Below are positions 10,069-19,580 of a DNA stretch of 64,000 bases, piece by piece. The notes under the pieces are model-generated. The model did not search any database. It was not told where the DNA came from and was given only the letters and a program-made list of their open reading frames with translations. Source of the DNA: an uncultured Rhodopirellula sp. (GTDB lineage: Bacteria > Planctomycetota > Planctomycetia > Pirellulales > Pirellulaceae); the NCBI GenBank assembly GCA_964007735.1, contig CAXGAI010000011.1:62001-126000 (forward strand). Direction: 5' to 3'. Positions within the stretch are counted from its first letter, which is position 1. Every line of letters begins with the position of its first letter. A program made the position numbers and the translations under genes.

Positions 10069-10791
10069 ATGACTCTCGATTACCCTGAAAAGGCTCTCCT
10101 TGGAAAACACACTCGACGCGAATTCCGCGAACGCATGCAGGCCGGTGAACTTAAAGCATGCATCATACCTGTGGCGGCTACGGAACAACATCTTGAACAC
10201 CTAGCAATGGAGCATGACTACGCCAGCATCATGCACCTTACCACTGCCATTGCCTGCAAACTCGCTCCGCAAGTCATCGTGGCCCCCAGCATGAGTATTG
10301 GGATTAGCGAACATCACATGAAGCATATTGGTACATTAACAGCCTTACCTGGCAGTTGGCTCAGTGTCTTGTTTGATACGATTCGCTCCATGCACGATGC
10401 CGGCTTCACCAATATCCTCGTCCTCAATGGTCATGGTGGAAATATCGCGCCCTGCGAGGGAATGTGGGGACAGTTTTTGCAGCGTCTTGAGATTAATCTG
10501 CAGTTCAAGTCTTACTGGGACTTCATATCAATGGAAGAAGCAACACCTTACCTTGAAACGAACCGCTTCCCTGGTCATGCCCAGGAATTTGAAACTGCGT
10601 TCGCGATGGCTGCCTTCCCTGAAAATGTACGCCACGACGCCATGCAGAATCAGGAAGACAAAGAACCGTTGCATGCTTCAGCAGAAAATGGTCAGGCATT
10701 GATTGAGATTGCTGTCAACAATGTTGCCGATTTTGTAAAAGCAATGATCGCTGGAACTGAGGTTGCTGAAATTCCAGAATTCCATCCCTAA
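10069..10791 (+). CDS. Creatininase/creatinine amidohydrolase family protein
   Basis: PVAATEQHLEHL..EHD, GISEHHM, NGHGGN and GHAQEFET motifs. Confidence 0.88.
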   Translation: MTLDYPEKALLGKHTRREFRERMQAGELKACIIPVAATEQHLEHLAMEHDYASIMHLTTAIACKLAPQVIVAPSMSIGISEHHMKHIGTLTALPGSWLSVLFDTIRSMHDAGFTNILVLNGHGGNIAPCEGMWGQFLQRLEINLQFKSYWDFISMEEATPYLETNRFPGHAQEFETAFAMAAFPENVRHDAMQNQEDKEPLHASAENGQALIEIAVNNVADFVKAMIAGTEVAEIPEFHP

Positions 10792-10831
10792 TCGCATTGG
10801 CAGCAAGCATCAGCCTCCAACGAGGCCGCTG

Positions 10832-11653
10832 CTACTCGGACAAAACCGGAATTGCTTTTTCCCCATCAAGTTTTAATACACCAGCGCCACGGGGATCGAC
10901 AAGAAAGGTACCGGCGGCCGAGGAAGAAATCCCGACTGGATGAATCAAAGGCGAGCCTTCGATAAGCCGAGCAGCACCATCCGTAAAATCCCAAATAGCC
11001 TTGCCATACCCGTCAGTCACCAACACTCTACCATTAGCATCAACGGCAACATCCTGAGCAAAACGGATCTTATCGGCACCATCGACAGGTGTCGCAAAAC
11101 CGTCCATTGAAATTTTGACCAAGCGTGCATCTCCTCTCGAAGCAACATAGAGATTGCCTTGCGTATCAAAACTCATTCCAGCAGGACCTTTGACTTTTGC
11201 AAACTCACTAACTTTTCCATCCGAAGTTAGTTTCACAACACGATGCAACTCCAAATCAGATACGTAGATGGTTCCATCACCAGATACTGCAATGCCCATC
11301 GGGATACCAATCTGACCACCTGTTAGTGCCGTAGGAATACCCTCGGTATTAAAGCGATAGATGTCTCGTGTCGCACTGTCTCCGGCAAGTAAACTACCAT
11401 TGGAATCTATGGCTAAACATCGAATCGCATTCAATGGAGTTCCAAACTTCTTGCCCGCCTGATGGAAAATTGACGTTTTACCAGCCGTGATGACCCAAAT
11501 CCCTGGTAACTGACGATCAGCCACATAAATACCGGTCTCCGTCGCGGCCACACTTATCGGGTATTTGAACCCGGAATCCTGAGCTTGTATTGGAAGTCCG
11601 ATACCCACCATGATCAGGACCGAAAGAGCGAAATATAAAACCTTAGTCAGCAT
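10832..11653 (-). CDS. Exported NHL-repeat / SMP-30-like beta-propeller protein
   Basis: Signal peptide and repeated P.GIAV..DG.IYV.D units. Confidence 0.8.
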   Translation of the reverse strand: MLTKVLYFALSVLIMVGIGLPIQAQDSGFKYPISVAATETGIYVADRQLPGIWVITAGKTSIFHQAGKKFGTPLNAIRCLAIDSNGSLLAGDSATRDIYRFNTEGIPTALTGGQIGIPMGIAVSGDGTIYVSDLELHRVVKLTSDGKVSEFAKVKGPAGMSFDTQGNLYVASRGDARLVKISMDGFATPVDGADKIRFAQDVAVDANGRVLVTDGYGKAIWDFTDGAARLIEGSPLIHPVGISSSAAGTFLVDPRGAGVLKLDGEKAIPVLSE

Positions 11654-11949
11654 AGATTCAGTACTCGGATACTAGTTAACGCTTGTTCGTTGGAATGCCT
11701 CTAAAACACACCTTCTTCCAAAACATATCACTTCAACGTCGAAAAACCTGATGAATTCGTATTTTCGGCAGGTATTTTTCCCAAACAGGTCTACATGAAG
11801 AACATTTCACGTATGAATATACGTATATAAGGCCGTGGGGATGACATTCCCCAAGAATACTAAAATCGCTATGGTGATAGGGTAAATTTCCGCACGCTAT
11901 CAATGAATAAGTGGCGACCAAGGCTAACTTCGTGAGTTTTTTTGCAACC

Positions 11950-13554
11950 ATGAACAATTCTCTTATCTCTAGAACCTGCGGTGTTTGGTTTGCGCGATGT
12001 TTTGGCGTGGCGTTGATGCTTTCACTCGTCGGATGTGAGAAAGATTCGTTTGAACAGATTGATATCGACATCGCAACGTTGGGGAACAGCTCAACAAAAC
12101 CAATAGATATTGAACGTCTAGAATCGGAGATAAGACATTTTTGTGGGGATTGCCATGCCCCCCCTCCACCAGGTTCGATTCCTAAAGCAGGCTGGGCCTC
12201 AGAGGTCGACACCATGTTTAAAATATATGAGCAGTCTGGAAGAAATGACCTTTCGGTTCCTCTTAAAGGGGAAGTCATTGAGTACTATCGAAGACTTGCG
12301 CCGGAATCCATCTCCTTACCTACGCCGATAGAGCCTGAAGTAAATCCGCCTTTGGAATTTGAGCAGACTAAGGTAAGCCTCGTTCCAGCTATTTACCCCG
12401 AGTCTCCGGAAGCTCCTCCCGGCATAGCTAATTTAACCTGGTACGATGCGGCAGAGCATGAGGTCTTAGAGGAATCTCTAATGCTTGGTTGTGACATGAA
12501 ATCCGGTGTCGTATTTGAGTTAAAATTCGAACAACAAAACCTAACATTTGGCCGACAGGTAACGCTGAATAATCCTTGTCACAGCACTCTCTCGGATCTT
12601 GATCGCGATGGCGTTGGTGAATTCCTTATCGCTGATTTGGGAAGTTTTCTTCCGGAAGACCATCGAAAAGGAAGGGTCCTCTGGCTGCGCCCTTCAGACG
12701 ATAACTCTTTTTCCGTGGAAATCCTTTTTGAGAACGTGGGGCGAGTTACCGATATCCAAACTGGTGATTTTAACGGAGACGACAAAACGGACCTTATCGT
12801 TGCAGAATTTGGTTGGCGTGATACTGGAAATGTCTGGATGCTAACTCAAACTGGCATTGAAAACGGAATACCACAATTTTCCAAACAGCGAATCGACGAC
12901 CGCCACGGAGTAATCCATGTTCCTACCAATGATATTAACAAGGATGGGCACATGGATTTCATCTCTGTCGTCAGCCAGGAACACGAAACGGTCGAACTAT
13001 TCCTTAACCGAGGTGACGGATCGTTTCGGCGACAAAGCATCTTCTCTGCAAATAGTCCTGTCTGGGGCTCTACGGGTATCGATCTGACCGATTTTGATGC
13101 TGATGGTGACGTCGATATTCTTTATACCAATGGCGACATCTTCGACACCTTCTACATCGTGCCCTACCACGCAGCTCATTTGCATGAAAACAAAGGGGAT
13201 GGCAAGTGGGAATCAAAAGTGCTTGGTAACCTGCCTGGGATTCACCGAGCCGTCGCTGGCGATCTAGACAACGATGGTGATCAGGATGTTGTATGCTGTA
13301 GCCTGATTAGTCGCCCACTTGAGGGTGTATCCACTAATGATCTCGATGCTATCATCTGGTTGGAACAGACTTCCGAAGGTGAATTTATCCCTCACAGCCT
13401 TGAAAAAGGCAACTGCAATCACTCGACAGTCGTCGTTGCCGATTTTGATGAAGACGGCGATTTAGACATCGCGACGGCCCAATTTGAAGATGCAGCCATC
13501 TATCCGCGTTCGGATGTATCGATTTGGTGGAATAATTCGATTATTCCACAGTAG
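11950..13554 (+). CDS. Lipoprotein with a single c-type heme domain and FG-GAP/VCBS repeats
   Basis: Lipobox LSLVGC; CGDCH; repeated Ca-loop motifs DLDRDG, DFNGDD, DINKDG, DFDADG, DLDNDG, DFDEDG. The ORF track starts at GTG 11911. Confidence 0.85.
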   Translation: MNNSLISRTCGVWFARCFGVALMLSLVGCEKDSFEQIDIDIATLGNSSTKPIDIERLESEIRHFCGDCHAPPPPGSIPKAGWASEVDTMFKIYEQSGRNDLSVPLKGEVIEYYRRLAPESISLPTPIEPEVNPPLEFEQTKVSLVPAIYPESPEAPPGIANLTWYDAAEHEVLEESLMLGCDMKSGVVFELKFEQQNLTFGRQVTLNNPCHSTLSDLDRDGVGEFLIADLGSFLPEDHRKGRVLWLRPSDDNSFSVEILFENVGRVTDIQTGDFNGDDKTDLIVAEFGWRDTGNVWMLTQTGIENGIPQFSKQRIDDRHGVIHVPTNDINKDGHMDFISVVSQEHETVELFLNRGDGSFRRQSIFSANSPVWGSTGIDLTDFDADGDVDILYTNGDIFDTFYIVPYHAAHLHENKGDGKWESKVLGNLPGIHRAVAGDLDNDGDQDVVCCSLISRPLEGVSTNDLDAIIWLEQTSEGEFIPHSLEKGNCNHSTVVVADFDEDGDLDIATAQFEDAAIYPRSDVSIWWNNSIIPQ

Positions 13555-13724
13555 GAATCGACCAAAAACAAGTCTTCAGTCGTAGCACTCTTATATAAGT
13601 GGCGTATGTTTTAGATAGAGCTATGCGCTTTGTCTTGAGAAAGACCTATTCATCGCAGATAAGAACGAGAACAAAATGAATAGCATACATTAACCTGCTT
13701 TTTTACTCATTCACGCACTACAAG

Positions 13725-15278
13725 ATGTCAGACGACAATTCACAAATCGAAAAAAACACTCGGAACGCGGAAGAAGTTCCGGAATCTCAAAACACTCCGC
13801 AAGCGTTCGAAGAGCAAGTGAATCGGGATTCGTCACAAACAATCGAGCCTGTTTCAACTCCAGACGAGCAGCAAGAACCATCTCTCAATGAGACCGGCTA
13901 CGACGAGATGACCACCGAAGAATCTATAAAAAGGCCACGCACCTTTAGTAAGCTCGTTACGATCGCTACGGTCGTGGCGTTATTGATCATTTGCGTTGTT
14001 GTATATTACCCGGAATATCATATAGGAAACGTTCAGTCTGCTCTTCGTGAACACAACCTCGAACTCGCCAAAAAACATGTCGATAAACTTCAGGCCTTTC
14101 CTTTTACGAACAAAGCAGAAGTCCATTTCTTGACGGCTCGCCTTGAACGTCGTCGCGGTGATTACGATCAAATGAACACCTTCCTCAAAAAAGCTCAGGC
14201 TGAAGGCTACGATCAGATCATGATTGAGCGTGAACGAATTCTTGCGGCAGCTCAGGCTGCTAACCTCGAAATGGCACAACCCAAACTGCCCGAACTTCTA
14301 AATGACCCCCGTGGTGACGAGCGAGAAATCTGTGAAGCCTACATTATTGGCTATTTGCAATTCCAACAACACGATGCCGCTCTTCAATTAGCTGATGCCT
14401 GGCAAAACGACTTCCCCGAAGATGCCCGCCCCCACTTCCTTGAAGGAGTTATTCAAAAATCACTCTTCAACCACAAGCAAGCAGAGGAAGCATACCGTAA
14501 AGCATTAGAAATCGATCCTGAGTATTATCAGGCAGCATTAGACATCGCGGATGTACTGTTAACGCTCAAGGATACTGAACGTGCTATTCAATACCTCAAA
14601 ATGGCCGAGGACCATCCGGACTTTCGGGTTGATTCTTACACAGCACAGGCCCATTGTCTGCGTATGCTTGGGCGGGACGAACAAGCCGAAGCAATTCTCC
14701 GCGTCGTCACAAACGAGTACCCTGAACATATTTCAGCAGCCATCGAACTGGGACGAATCTTGGTGGAAACAAATCGTCCACAGAAAGGTATCGATGTTCT
14801 TAAACCAATTATCGAACGGGATCCCCGAAATACAGATGCCCGTCACATGCTGGCCATGGGCCTTAGAAGCCTCGGGGAACTTAATAAGGCTCAGGAACAC
14901 TTTGATTACGTCGAAGAGGTAAAAGAAAACTTAGCCGACGCTAATCAAATCGCACAGCGAATCAGTAGTGGTAAAGGAAGCATTGACGAACGCCTGGTCA
15001 TCGCCGATAAGTTCTGGACTTACGGATCCGAACAAGAAGCGATGATCTGGATGCGTTCTGCTTATCAGTTAGACCCGCTGTATTTACCTACGCTGGAATT
15101 CATGAAACGCTACTACGAGGTCAAAGTTAAAGAAGATCCTGACCTTCAACAACAACTTGAACGGTTTAATATTGAAGTTGAAAAAGCAAAAGCTCGTCAG
15201 CAGGAACAGGGCTCAACTAAACCGACAAATCCGAGCAACGATTCGGCGGAAATAATCAGCAACGATAAAGCCTCGTAA
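13725..15278 (+). CDS. Membrane-anchored tetratricopeptide repeat protein
   Basis: Acidic N-terminal tail, one TM segment (LVTIATVVALLIICVVVYY) and TPR-like repeats (AEEAYRKALEIDP etc.). Confidence 0.85.
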   Translation: MSDDNSQIEKNTRNAEEVPESQNTPQAFEEQVNRDSSQTIEPVSTPDEQQEPSLNETGYDEMTTEESIKRPRTFSKLVTIATVVALLIICVVVYYPEYHIGNVQSALREHNLELAKKHVDKLQAFPFTNKAEVHFLTARLERRRGDYDQMNTFLKKAQAEGYDQIMIERERILAAAQAANLEMAQPKLPELLNDPRGDEREICEAYIIGYLQFQQHDAALQLADAWQNDFPEDARPHFLEGVIQKSLFNHKQAEEAYRKALEIDPEYYQAALDIADVLLTLKDTERAIQYLKMAEDHPDFRVDSYTAQAHCLRMLGRDEQAEAILRVVTNEYPEHISAAIELGRILVETNRPQKGIDVLKPIIERDPRNTDARHMLAMGLRSLGELNKAQEHFDYVEEVKENLADANQIAQRISSGKGSIDERLVIADKFWTYGSEQEAMIWMRSAYQLDPLYLPTLEFMKRYYEVKVKEDPDLQQQLERFNIEVEKAKARQQEQGSTKPTNPSNDSAEIISNDKAS

Positions 15279-15333
15279 ACGAGTATCCTTCGTCAAGAAA
15301 CAACCTTTCACTTGTCCAATCATTAATAATTCC

Positions 15334-17133
15334 ATGCTGAAACCATCTCCAATCATTCTGGCCGTTCTCCTGTGTTCATTCACTCTCTCCGTCTTCACCG
15401 GATGCAGTGAAGAAGATCCCTTCGACAAACTAACCAGTATCGAAAACGGGGGAAATTCAGTTCCTGAAGAAAATCACAGCGGTCTGCTCCCGGATTTAAG
15501 TCAAACCGAAGATCTGGGGAATTCTCAGGTCGGACAAAATATAAAACTCGATGAAATCACTCAGAATTCAGGCATTGACTTCACTTATCGCAACGGAAGG
15601 GATGCCGGAAACAACAGTATTCTGGAATCTCTGGGCGGTGGGGTCGCGATCCTTGATTACGATCTTAATGGTACATTGGATGCGTTCTTCCCCGGCGGCG
15701 GAAAGTATGAAGGCGAAAACAAACAAAAGATTACTGGTCTGCCAGGTGCTTTGTTTAGCAATAACGGAGACGCTGTCTTTGTCAACGTGGCGACGGCTAG
15801 CTATACCGACGACCAAACGCTATATACACACGGCTGCCAGGTTGGCGATTTCGACAACGATGGTTTTCCCGACTTTGTATTGACCGGCTGGGACGGCCTT
15901 CTGTTATTCCACAATCAGGGTGACGGTACATTTTTAGAAATCAATGACTTGGCCGGCCTCGACAATACCTTGTGGAGCAGTAGTGGTGCCTGGGCTGACT
16001 ACAACGGTGACGGCTTCCTTGATCTGTATGTATGCAACTACGTGAACTGGTCTTTTGAAAACCATCCCTATTGTGATGGACCAACACCTACTCAACAGGA
16101 AATTTGCCCCCCCAAAGAATTTGAACCGTTGCCAGATAACATTTTTTATAGCAATGGTGACGGAACGTTCTATAACGCCCGTGAATTCGCCCATCTAACG
16201 GACCTAGGCAAAGGCCTGGGGGTCATGAGTGCCGATTACGACCTCGATGGCGACGTCGACATTTATGTTGCAAACGATACGGTTGCCAACTTTCTCTACA
16301 TAAACGACGGAACCGGCCAATTCGAGGAGCGTGGAACACTTCACTCCGTAGCCTTCGACGGCGTGGGTAACTCCAACGGAAGCATGGGAATCGACGTAGG
16401 TGACTATAATCTGGATGGCAAACCCGATATTTGGGTCGCCAACTATGAACAGGAAGCATTCGCCCTGTATCGAAACGATGGACAGGCAATGTTTACATAT
16501 GTCTCGGACCGTACAGGAGTAACCTCACTCGGAGGCTTGTTCGTTGGCTTTGGTTCACTCTATTACGACTTCGACTATGACGGAGACGAAGACATTCTGG
16601 TCACCAATGGACACGTCATTAACTACCCGCGTTCGGGGCGGCTCCTGCAACTTCCGGTATTGCTGGTTAACGAAAAGAATGATTCAAACAATTATCGTAA
16701 AATGGTCCGTAAGAAATTCGATGACCATGGTTACATGGCGACCGGACATATGGGCCGCGGCCTGGCCCTAGGGGATTTAGACGATGACGGCGATGCAGAT
16801 TTCATCTTCAGCAATAACGTGGAACCCGCTGCGGTCGTGGAAAACTCCACGGAACAAACCGGACTGAACATTCGTGTCAAGCTGATTGGCCGTACAACAA
16901 ACCGTGACGCTGTCGGAAGCATCCTTACACTCAAAACATCCATCGGTGACTTTGTGCGACTAACCCGGGGAGGCGCAAGTTACTTATCACAAAGTGATCC
17001 TCGCATGTATTGGAGTTTACCGGCTGACACCACGATCAATAGCCTCGTGATCCAGTGGCCTAATGGGCAAGCTCAGGAAATCTTTGAACTGCCCACCGAC
17101 CGTGCATTAACTATCGTGCAGGCAAACAACTAA
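15334..17133 (+). CDS. CRTAC1-family lipoprotein (FG-GAP repeats + ASPIC/UnbV C-terminus)
   Basis: Lipobox VFTGC; ESLGGGVAILDYD; many DxDxDG loops; GSMGIDVGD; NRDAVG...GGASYLSQ...IQWPNG. Confidence 0.9.
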   Translation: MLKPSPIILAVLLCSFTLSVFTGCSEEDPFDKLTSIENGGNSVPEENHSGLLPDLSQTEDLGNSQVGQNIKLDEITQNSGIDFTYRNGRDAGNNSILESLGGGVAILDYDLNGTLDAFFPGGGKYEGENKQKITGLPGALFSNNGDAVFVNVATASYTDDQTLYTHGCQVGDFDNDGFPDFVLTGWDGLLLFHNQGDGTFLEINDLAGLDNTLWSSSGAWADYNGDGFLDLYVCNYVNWSFENHPYCDGPTPTQQEICPPKEFEPLPDNIFYSNGDGTFYNAREFAHLTDLGKGLGVMSADYDLDGDVDIYVANDTVANFLYINDGTGQFEERGTLHSVAFDGVGNSNGSMGIDVGDYNLDGKPDIWVANYEQEAFALYRNDGQAMFTYVSDRTGVTSLGGLFVGFGSLYYDFDYDGDEDILVTNGHVINYPRSGRLLQLPVLLVNEKNDSNNYRKMVRKKFDDHGYMATGHMGRGLALGDLDDDGDADFIFSNNVEPAAVVENSTEQTGLNIRVKLIGRTTNRDAVGSILTLKTSIGDFVRLTRGGASYLSQSDPRMYWSLPADTTINSLVIQWPNGQAQEIFELPTDRALTIVQANN

Positions 17134-17157
17134 TCGCATTATCAATAGCGTATCAAA

Positions 17158-18621
17158 ATGAACACTTACAATAATCAAGATAAAACAGACTCCGTTACTA
17201 CCGAAGTAATGCTTGGACGAAATGCCAGCCTGTTCACCGTTCTGGCAATCACCGTTCTGGCTGCAGCCTCTGTATCGCTTATCGATAAACGTACCCAGGG
17301 ACTCAACGTTGGCGCGATTGACAGCCTCACCACCGAGGATCATTTCCGTCAGGCCATTCAGGCCATCCATGCTCGACACACCCCCGATGTCATCATGCAT
17401 CGCAACGCACTCTCACAACTTGATGGACCTGCCGAACAGATAAAACTACTCAATGCGTTTACTCAGGCGATGGCCGATGATGTACAGGCAGCCGCCGAGT
17501 CAATTCAGGAACTAAAGGACTCAACGGACAAAACCATCTCCACCTATATCTACTACATCGCTGGGGAAATGGCCTTTCGTCAAAAGAATTACACGGTGGC
17601 CATTGGCTATCTTCAACAAGCAATTCAACTCGGCGATGATTTAGACCCTCCCTGTCTACCCGCTTATCAGTTGATGGCTTCGCTGCACTACGATCAGGGC
17701 AATATGCAACATGCAATGGACGCGGCGACACGCGTCAGTGAAATTAATCCTGACAATGCTCAGATCTATCGCTTTATGGGTATGATTCAACAGGACTACG
17801 AACAATGGGAAGATGCCAAAAATGCCTATCGCACCTGTCTGGAAAAAGATCCATATGCCGACTATCGAGACACCGTCCTGATTGGACTAGGACAAATCAG
17901 CCTTAAACTACGTGAATATGCCCAAGCAAAATCCTACCTGCAGCAGGCAGTGGCCACGCCTCAGGTGTGGGCATTGCGAGCTGAAAGTGAATTTAATCTT
18001 GGTAATCTTGGAGTCGCACTCGAGCTACTAAAACAATCTCTCGATACTAATCCACAGCAACGTGATGCCATTCTTCTCAAAGGCACTATTCAGGTACAGG
18101 ACAAGCAATACAATGATGCGATTACCGCCTTATTGGAAGGCCTTGAGTATCACCCAAAGGACGACCAATTGATGTACAAGCTGGCTGAGGCTTACCGAGG
18201 CGTTAGTGATAACGAAAATGCTGAAAAATACATTGCTATGTCCGAAGAATTGCGGCAAAAACGCGAACGATTCTCGAAACTTAATACCGACGCAATCGCC
18301 GAACCTACCAACGTCGAGATGAGACTTGAACTCGGGAAATTGGCCGAAGAAATTGGAAAGCCTGAGTTAGCTATTGGATGGTACCAGGCAGTTCTGCAAC
18401 TCGACCCCACGCGTGAAGAAGCAGCTAAGAGTGCGAATCGTATTCTCGTTGAACAGTCAGGCGGTACGGTGACCGAAGAAGCAACACAAGTTCCCTTTGC
18501 TCCCCAAACACCGGTATTGCCTAACGGAGCAAGTGACAGCAATACGCAACTACCGGTGTTGGTACCTACCACGCCTCAAAATGTACCCGTCCTACCCAAA
18601 AATGAAGGCAAAGACGAGTAA
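17158..18621 (+). CDS. Tetratricopeptide repeat protein with an N-terminal membrane anchor and a Pro-rich tail
   Basis: Hydrophobic segment LFTVLAITVLAAASVSLI, multiple TPRs and a C-terminal tail with PVL(P/V) repeated three times. Confidence 0.85.
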   Translation: MNTYNNQDKTDSVTTEVMLGRNASLFTVLAITVLAAASVSLIDKRTQGLNVGAIDSLTTEDHFRQAIQAIHARHTPDVIMHRNALSQLDGPAEQIKLLNAFTQAMADDVQAAAESIQELKDSTDKTISTYIYYIAGEMAFRQKNYTVAIGYLQQAIQLGDDLDPPCLPAYQLMASLHYDQGNMQHAMDAATRVSEINPDNAQIYRFMGMIQQDYEQWEDAKNAYRTCLEKDPYADYRDTVLIGLGQISLKLREYAQAKSYLQQAVATPQVWALRAESEFNLGNLGVALELLKQSLDTNPQQRDAILLKGTIQVQDKQYNDAITALLEGLEYHPKDDQLMYKLAEAYRGVSDNENAEKYIAMSEELRQKRERFSKLNTDAIAEPTNVEMRLELGKLAEEIGKPELAIGWYQAVLQLDPTREEAAKSANRILVEQSGGTVTEEATQVPFAPQTPVLPNGASDSNTQLPVLVPTTPQNVPVLPKNEGKDE

Positions 18622-18658
18622 TTGGTTACACTCAACAAAACTCTAATCAGAATTCAAC

Positions 18659-19495
18659 ATGAACGATACACACGAAACTTCTAAAGAAAATGAAGAGCTT
18701 CTCGATGACACCGTCGATCAGTCCGACGCAACGAACAAAGCTACCGAAGAAGATATCCGCGAAGCTATCGATAACAAGAAGCTCAATCCGCTTTTTTCGG
18801 ATGAAGCAGAGGATGACGATTACGACTACGAAGATCTTGACGACGAAGAATCACGAGCTGTTTGGTATTTTGCGGCCTTCTTCATCATCATCATCGTCAC
18901 CGGAATAATTATATTAGCTGCCACGGTGGCTCAGGACAGCGAGAAAATTCAAATCCGTATTCCTGAAGGGATCGGCCCTTCTGTTATTAATGGCAAACGC
19001 GCCCCCGGCGATACGCCGATGCTCCTTCCGGGCCTCCTGTCACCCGTGATGCACGAAGCAGATAAAGCAAACCTGAGTGACGTAGAGCGAGTCATTGGAA
19101 TCACTGTCGATGATAAACATCGCGCCTATCTTGCCAATGCGTTCAATGAATTGGGAACCAAAGTCGTAAACGACCTGATCGATGACATCCCGATCTCAAT
19201 TACCTATTGCGACATCCATGAACGAGCCCGTGTCTTCACGTCGACAGAACGAGGAGAAGCTCTTAATATGGGACTCGGTGGCTGGCTTAACAAAGAAATG
19301 TTCTTTTATTACAACGGCGAAGAATTCCAACACTCGGCAGAAGAAACACCTATACCGGACTATCCATATATCGTGACGACGTGGGGCGAGTGGAAGCAGG
19401 CTCATCCGACTACCCTGATCTATATGGGGGGTGGCATCATACCCAAGGAAAACACGTCTGCTGAAAAAGTTGTTCCTTCCAATCAGGATGAATAA
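18659..19495 (+). CDS. DUF3179-like membrane-anchored protein
   Basis: Acidic N-tail, TM segment, VIGITV...RAY...VVND.I...PISITYC and TTWGEWKQAHPTT. Confidence 0.7.
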   Translation: MNDTHETSKENEELLDDTVDQSDATNKATEEDIREAIDNKKLNPLFSDEAEDDDYDYEDLDDEESRAVWYFAAFFIIIIVTGIIILAATVAQDSEKIQIRIPEGIGPSVINGKRAPGDTPMLLPGLLSPVMHEADKANLSDVERVIGITVDDKHRAYLANAFNELGTKVVNDLIDDIPISITYCDIHERARVFTSTERGEALNMGLGGWLNKEMFFYYNGEEFQHSAEETPIPDYPYIVTTWGEWKQAHPTTLIYMGGGIIPKENTSAEKVVPSNQDE

Positions 19496-19580
19496 AGCAA
19501 ACCTTGCTGAGAATATGGCACGGCGATCTTTACTTCCTGTAAAATAAAAGCTCAGGTTTTCCCCTTCCCCATTGGCTGTT

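Noticed and set aside
10800..10832. Hairpin GCCTC-CAAC-GAGGC between convergent genes
   Set aside because: Short stem with no U-tract on either strand; not supportable as a terminator.
11733..12278. 181-aa minus-strand ORF
   Set aside because: Antisense to the heme/FG-GAP gene and its promoter region, with no recognisable motifs.
19516..19532. TGGCAC as a possible sigma-54 -24 element before the PSCyt gene
   Set aside because: There is no TTGC at the -12 position.
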